From assembly GCA_964035545.1 (NCBI GenBank), contig CAXIUT010000244.1:1-17265 (forward strand): a DNA stretch of 17,265 nt, given 5' to 3'. Positions 11,988 through 17,265 of the stretch are shown in pieces (within the stretch, counting starts at the first letter, position 1; every line of letters begins with the position of its first letter). The notes below the pieces were generated by a model. That model saw only the letters and a list, made by a program, of their open reading frames with translations. It was not told where the DNA came from and ran no database searches. The position numbers and the translations under genes are program-made. The stretch is from Bugula neritina. Lineage: Eukaryota > Animalia > Bryozoa.

Positions 11988-12635
11988 ATGAAGACCATTA
12001 TTTGCATAGTATTCAGTCTTATTCTCTTGCAAACCATAGCTATACCCCTATCTCAAGAAGATTCATCATTACCTGAATAACATATATCTAACAAACTTGT
12101 CTCTTTCTTCAACAAAATCTTTGATAGATCCCAAACAACTCTATCAAACGATTCATGTACTCAGAGCTGTTGCGCTTCTCTAAAGTCTCGATCTCCTATG
12201 ACCTATCACTACTACCAAAATACAGGTCGTTTCAAAGGAGGATCAGGATAGTATGCTATCAATGTTCATGGATACTCAGGCCAAGGTTCAGGTTATAACA
12301 ATCCTGATAAACAGTGTGTCCAGAATACAGGTCCTCTTCCCGCATCGACATACAAAGTTTCATACTGTGTCAACACTATGCACTCACCTCCAGTTCAAAG
12401 GCCATGTGCATTTTACTTATAGCCTCAGAGGAAAAGCGAGATGTGTGGTCGAGATGCCTTTTTTATTCATGGATGTGCCTGTTGTACTCCTGGAGATGAT
12501 ACAAACCCTCCAACTGCTGGATGTTCTGCTGGATGCATTGTATTAAGTTATGCGAATAGAAAGAAGATTAGAGTAGGAGATACCGTCATTGTAGAACACT
12601 ATGAGCCAAAGGAAGAATATCTATTACAAGAATGA
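11988..12635 (+). CDS. Secreted Tlde1/DUF2778-like L,D-transpeptidase (YkuD-fold) protein, 215 aa
   Basis: Signal-peptide-like N-terminus MKTIICIVFSLILLQTIA. Then YYQNTG..GYSGQGSGYNNPDKQCVQNTGPLPASTY...LEP...GRDAFFIHG...SAGCIV...R, matching the motif string I recall for bacterial DUF2778/Tlde1 proteins, with His and Cys catalytic candidates. Intronless, three in-frame TAR codons, TGA stop. Confidence 0.85.
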
Positions 12636-12792
12636 TTTCATTTAGATAAATTTAGAATAAATATGATAGTTATTCAAAGTTTTCTTGATCAAGAAAGTAT
12701 ATTCTATTTTAGATTGAAATATTATCATGATTTAGACCAGAAATAACATTCTTAATGATATATGAAGAAGTAAATTAATAACATACAGTTGA

Positions 12793-14090
12793 TCATTAAA
12801 TCTATAGTAACTAGATGGTATCTTTTAGCAAGTCATCATCAAAATTCTAATTAATTTATAGCAACATTTGTAGATACATATCCTTGAGATGTGAAAACTG
12901 TGCCAATGAAATAAAGCCATGAAATTGGTAGTCATTGTGCTCAACTATTTTTTAGTTTTAGGTTCTGATAAAGAAAAGAATCAAATTAGGATTCCAATTC
13001 GATACTTTACACTGGCAAGGTGGACCTATTCTTCTAGCCTATTATCGAAAAATATTTATTTATGGTACCCAGTTATGAATGTCAGGTGTATTAGGTTTTT
13101 AATACTCAACGTATTTTAGTAACTGCCTTACGAAGATATTTTCTAATTACCATTCTTCATCTTTTAATTAAATATTTATATTATTTTTATCTTAGCGGTC
13201 ACACAATAAATTAACATAGAGGTTTTTGTGTTGAAAAATAAAGTTCTTCTATTTTCTATATTTTATAAAGTAACAGTTGGGAAAATATTATTATGCCTTC
13301 TATATTCTTAACTATCTTTATTATTTGTCATTATCTACTTTATTTATCGAGTTTCTAGTAGCGATCTGACTAAGTTTTATCTTTGATTCATTGTCTAGAT
13401 TAATAAAAGTCATCTTTATTTGACCAGGTGGACTATTATACATTTTATTTGCTTAGAACCATCCAATCTTTGAATAGTTATTCAGCTTGAATAATTTTTT
13501 ATTGCTATATTCTGGCTAACTACCTAGTATCTATTAATCTTTCTATGATTGCCAATAAATAAAAGGTTTTCCATTTAAGTAAAATCTCTAAGACGATAAT
13601 AAGCTATCTTTACTATTTTCTATTTTTAACTAAATGTGTAAAAGCAAGTCAGTTGAGTCTCATTAAAGAAAGCAGTTTTTGATTTTTTGAATTATTCAAC
13701 TGAAAAAGGAGGAGGAAGAATTTAAATTTCTTCATAAGTTTCCAGATTGACAATCACAATTTTATTTGGATATTTTAGAAGGAGTATTCTATCTGTCAAC
13801 ATTTATCCTTAAACATAAACTTCTCCGCAATCTTTTGACCAGCATTTCACTCCATTAAATTTGAGATGATGAACTTAGAAGGCTTATTTTAAAGCGTATG
13901 AATAATCAATCCTCACATATGTATTATTAAATGCTGGAGAAACTAATCTGGTGTGTTGTCTCATTAGAATTTTTGATCTTGCCAGTTGAGATACAAACAT
14001 AAAATAATATTTATTGTGGATAAAGTTTCTGCTCCTTCTTAAAATAAGAGGACATTTCTATAAGAAGCTAAATACTTGATGAAAGTACAT
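12793..14090 (-). CDS. Hypothetical protein, ~420 aa, with one unresolved intron or frameshift near 13460-13640
   Basis: Two long overlapping open frames under TAR=Glu (about 14171-13483 and 13659-12793). ATG at 14090; an upstream in-frame ATG at 14195 is separated by a TGA. No recognisable domain. Confidence 0.6.
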
Positions 14091-14266
14091 TTTTTATCCA
14101 TTTTTATAAGAATCTTATGGTTTTTTGTTTGCTTAAATATGTTCAATAATAACCTTCTAATCAATAAATATTCATTGAATAAAATAAGGATTCATACTGA
14201 TCAATATAAAGGTTCAATATATTGAATAACTTATCATTAAATATCAATAAAATTATAACTAAAGCA

Positions 14267-15917
14267 TCAATCACTCTCTGCTGACTGCGGTTTCTTTTAT
14301 GGTCCCTTCAAAACACTCATAATTCCCATCTTTGCTTTGATAGAAGTTAGCAACAACTCAGCTGCCTACTGTTGGGCCTCTTCATTTTTACCCATCCTTG
14401 CTAACTCTTCTTTTTGCTTCAATTTTTATCCCAGCTTTTTTGTCTAGAGGTTCAAAAGATGAAACTTTTACCTTGAAGAATTCTACTATGAGTTTAAAAT
14501 ATCTTCTATTCTTTTTCTTCTGACTCCTTCGTAAAGTCTTAGCTTCTATTATGGGCTCTTGATAGTTGTAGTGTAGGTTGACTAGTTCCAGCTCTTCCTT
14601 ATTTTTCTTCTGCCTCTTTCTCTGTTATTGCTTCTTTTGATGACTTTCAGACCTTCTCATTCTCTTAGCTATTTCCATATAATTTTATCCCAGCTTTTAG
14701 AGTCAATGCTCAAGCGTTGATTTTTTCTTTCCTCATTAGCATACCTTTGAAGTATTTCTTGTTTCTTTTAGTCGTCTATTCTTGGCTTATGCTTTGACAT
14801 GACTTCCTTTTCGAACAGTTCTAGCCTTCTCTGCATTTCTTCATTTTTATTTTTTCTACCTTCTAACTGCCTTTTCAACAAAATCGCTTCTTCTTCAAGA
14901 AGTCTATTCATTCTTTAAGATCTTCCAGGTGCCTGATACATATTCTGTTGTTAAGGTTACTATTTATTTTACGAACTAATCTGATTTTTCTCTTTCCTTA
15001 TCCTTTACATCTATTCAGCTCTCTATCTACACTTCTTTTAATGCTCGCGAACTGATTAGATATCATACCTTTGATGAAACTACCTTAATTTCTTCAACTT
15101 TATCTTCTTCTACTATAAAGATGGTAGCATTATCTCAGACTGATACCTTTGCTACATCTTTTGATAAAGCCATTCCCCTGTTTTTACTGATTAGAACTTC
15201 TTTTGTAAATCTTTTTATATTTGAATCATCTTTTCTCGTTATTGTTTTCTCTTTTTCATGCTTTATTCAATCTATTTCCTTTTCAATTCTCTTTGTTTTT
15301 CTATTGACAACTGCTTCATTTCTTCTTATCTTTCTTCTTGCTCTTTTTTCTTTTTTAACTATTAGAGATTTGTCTCCTCTTGTCTCTTCCTCATCTCGTT
15401 CCAGTCGCAAATTATGTCTTTAACTTTTTGTTAATGTTATTCCTTTGTAAAAATCTCTTTCATTTCCACTACTAAACCTTTTCCTTTATCCTATCCTCGA
15501 ATTTGTCCATTCAAATATTCTTTTTTTTTGTTGATTTCTTCTCTTTTATGTTTGATTTCTTGTTCTTTATCTCATCATATGTCATTTTTGGCACTGCTTT
15601 TGTCGGTTCTGGAAGAGGAAGTGGCTCCTATCTCAATTAAAAATTACATTCGCGACATTAACTAGCCCATATTTAAGTTCTCTTTCAAGCTACGTAAAGG
15701 TCTCTCCAATTACACGACCAGCAACTAGATCAGATGGTGTATTGGGTTCCAACGCGATCAAATATCGATGAATATTTTCTCTGTCAAGAGCAGCTACCAT
15801 CTATTTTTATCGAGCCAAACGCACCTACTAAGACTATGCCTCATTAGCAGCTTTAAGATTACGATTTGAGCCTTTTTTGGCTGCTCCACGCTCTGAAGGT
15901 TATTTTTTTGATGACAT
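14267..15917 (-). CDS. Long E/K/R-rich coiled-coil protein with a 20-nt intron and about three frame breaks
   Basis: ATG 15917 (MSSKKEPSERGAAKK), intron 15628-15647, long charged helical segments, C-terminus LLTSIKAKMGIMSVLKGPEKKPQSAESD then TGA 14267-14269. Frame changes needed near 15570-15510, 14700 and 14660-14360. Confidence 0.7.
15628..15647 (-). other. 20-nt intron in coiled-coil gene
   Basis: GTAATTTTTAATTGAGATAG; contains an in-frame TGA; removal gives NVAN-EPLPLPEP. Confidence 0.8.
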
Positions 15918-16152
15918 AAACAAATAAAATTATCACAATTATATCAATGAACTTACAAATTATATTCTAAAAGCAACTTTATTAGTGATAAAACTATAAT
16001 ATCTATATGACTTCATATTCACAACTTAAAACAATCAATACTCACTTTTCAAAGGTGAATGATGACTTCTAGAATACCCCAGTTGAGACTATTTCCCTTA
16101 ACTCCGCTACCCTTCGTTCCACTACCTCCCAGCCTTCGAACTAAACTATTGT

Positions 16153-17050
16153 TCATTCTCTTGGCACCACTAAACGTCCTATTTCAATTTATTTTTACTC
16201 TGGTGGTTTATTAGATGAAAAAGACTTGCTTTCCTATGAAACTACATACTACACCATAATGGCATTATCACAAATACTATCTAGTTATTTATCAGCTTCT
16301 TACAAGTTGAGAGAAATATAAAGACCTCCTGCCTTTCTATTTCTTTCCACATATTCTGAAATATCACTGATTTCTTTATCTAGTGACTGGCTATCGTTTT
16401 AATAGTATCTGATAAGAGCTGCTAGACATTGTTCGCCTTTAAGATGTCCTATTTTCTAGTATAAAGTTTATATTTATGCTGTAATAAACTATCTCACATC
16501 TCACATTCTTTGCGATTATACACTCCTAGTCATTATACTTTGTTCTTATCTCCTCCATCAACTTCATTTCACATTTTTAAAATTTATCTTCAATACTCTG
16601 AACAATTTTTACTTGCACTATCCTAACTGTCTTCTCACATACTCCTGCAACCCAGCTATATATCCACTCAGTTAACTCTTCATAACTATCATTGTACATT
16701 TCTCTTATCGAACTCTTCCATCCTGATAATGGAAGAATAACAGTACTGTCTGGCTTACTGGAGAGCATCATGAAGGTTTACATACGATGGCTTTTGACCT
16801 CGCTAGTAATGCTACTCGGTATGCTCGACGACACATGTTGGACAGAGAGGCATCAAACACTACTCTAAGTGGAAATAGAGATACTATCAGTGCAAAAGTT
16901 GGTGAGAAATTCAGTAGAGTGATAAGCACAGAATATTTTTTTATAATCTGAAGGTTGAGCTCTGCTTCTTTCGGATGAAATATTAGAACCATGAGGTAGA
17001 TTAGTGAATTGTCCAGTGCCAAAGCTAGTATTGAATCCTGAACCTGACAT
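16153..17050 (-). CDS. B-box zinc-finger plus coiled-coil protein, two 20-nt introns, frame breaks in 3' half
   Basis: After splicing 16865-16884: CAYHSTEFLTNFCTDKECLMPLCPTCVVEHTEEH, a B-box-type Cys/His pattern. Second intron 16678-16697, then a helical region. Frame changes near 16610 and 16500. Stop at 16153, or 16035 if one more indel is assumed. Confidence 0.75.
16678..16697 (-). other. 20-nt intron in B-box gene
   Basis: GTACAATGATAGTTATGAAG; removes two in-frame TGAs. Confidence 0.72.
16865..16884 (-). other. 20-nt intron in B-box gene
   Basis: GTATCTCTATTTCCACTTAG; removal reconstitutes the B-box Cys spacing. Confidence 0.85.
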
Positions 17051-17170
17051 TAATATTAAAAATTATAACTACTATTCCTGAAAATAAATAAAATAAAATA
17101 ATCATCCTTTATAAAGAAATCATTCATTATGATAGTTGATAATACCAATCATATCTTAAATAAATATATC

Positions 17171-17265
17171 GGGGTTGGGGTTGGGGTTGGGGTTGGGGTT
17201 GGGGTTGGGGTTGGGGTTGGGGTTGGGGTTGGGGTTGGGGGGGTTGGGGTTGGGGTTGGGTTGGG
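17171..17265. repeat. Right telomere, (GGGGTT)n
   Basis: About 15 GGGGTT repeats to the end of the window, with one irregular G7 run near 17237-17243. Confidence 0.98.

Noticed and set aside
11988-12635. Bacterial contamination as the source of the Tlde1-like gene
   Set aside because: It contains three in-frame TAA/TAG codons, two inside the conserved domain, with AT-rich flanks and ciliate-type neighbours.
12919-13386. Plus-strand hydrophobic ORF of ~155 aa under code 30
   Set aside because: It lies wholly antisense to a longer minus-strand ORF, and with a single stop codon such open frames arise easily by chance.
14172-15513. TGA readthrough (ambiguous all-sense code)
   Set aside because: The few apparent in-frame TGAs occur only in the indel-rich half and are mostly resolved by frame changes; none occurs in the well-conserved genes.

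Overview
A telomere-capped piece of a ciliate macronuclear genome: (CCCCAA)n at 1-81, (GGGGTT)n at 17171-17265, plus an internal (GGGGTT)n tract at 8357-8425. In-frame TAA and TAG fall at conserved glutamate positions in three protein families and genes end in TGA, so the code is TAR=Glu (NCBI table 30, peritrich type). The supplied standard-code ORF track therefore shows only fragments. Manual re-translation gives about 11 densely packed genes. Left of the internal telomere: an MFS transporter, two hypotheticals, a J-domain protein and a K+-dependent membrane H+-pyrophosphatase, all intact. Right of it: a hypothetical, a Kelch plus degenerate MORC-like GHKL protein, a secreted Tlde1/DUF2778-like L,D-transpeptidase-fold protein of bacterial type, a hypothetical, a coiled-coil protein and a B-box protein; four of these six have frame breaks. 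Six inferred introns are exactly 20 nt. The most striking candidate is the signal-peptide-bearing Tlde1-like gene, possibly a domesticated bacterial cell-wall-attacking toxin. All family calls are by-eye motif recognition, not database searches.
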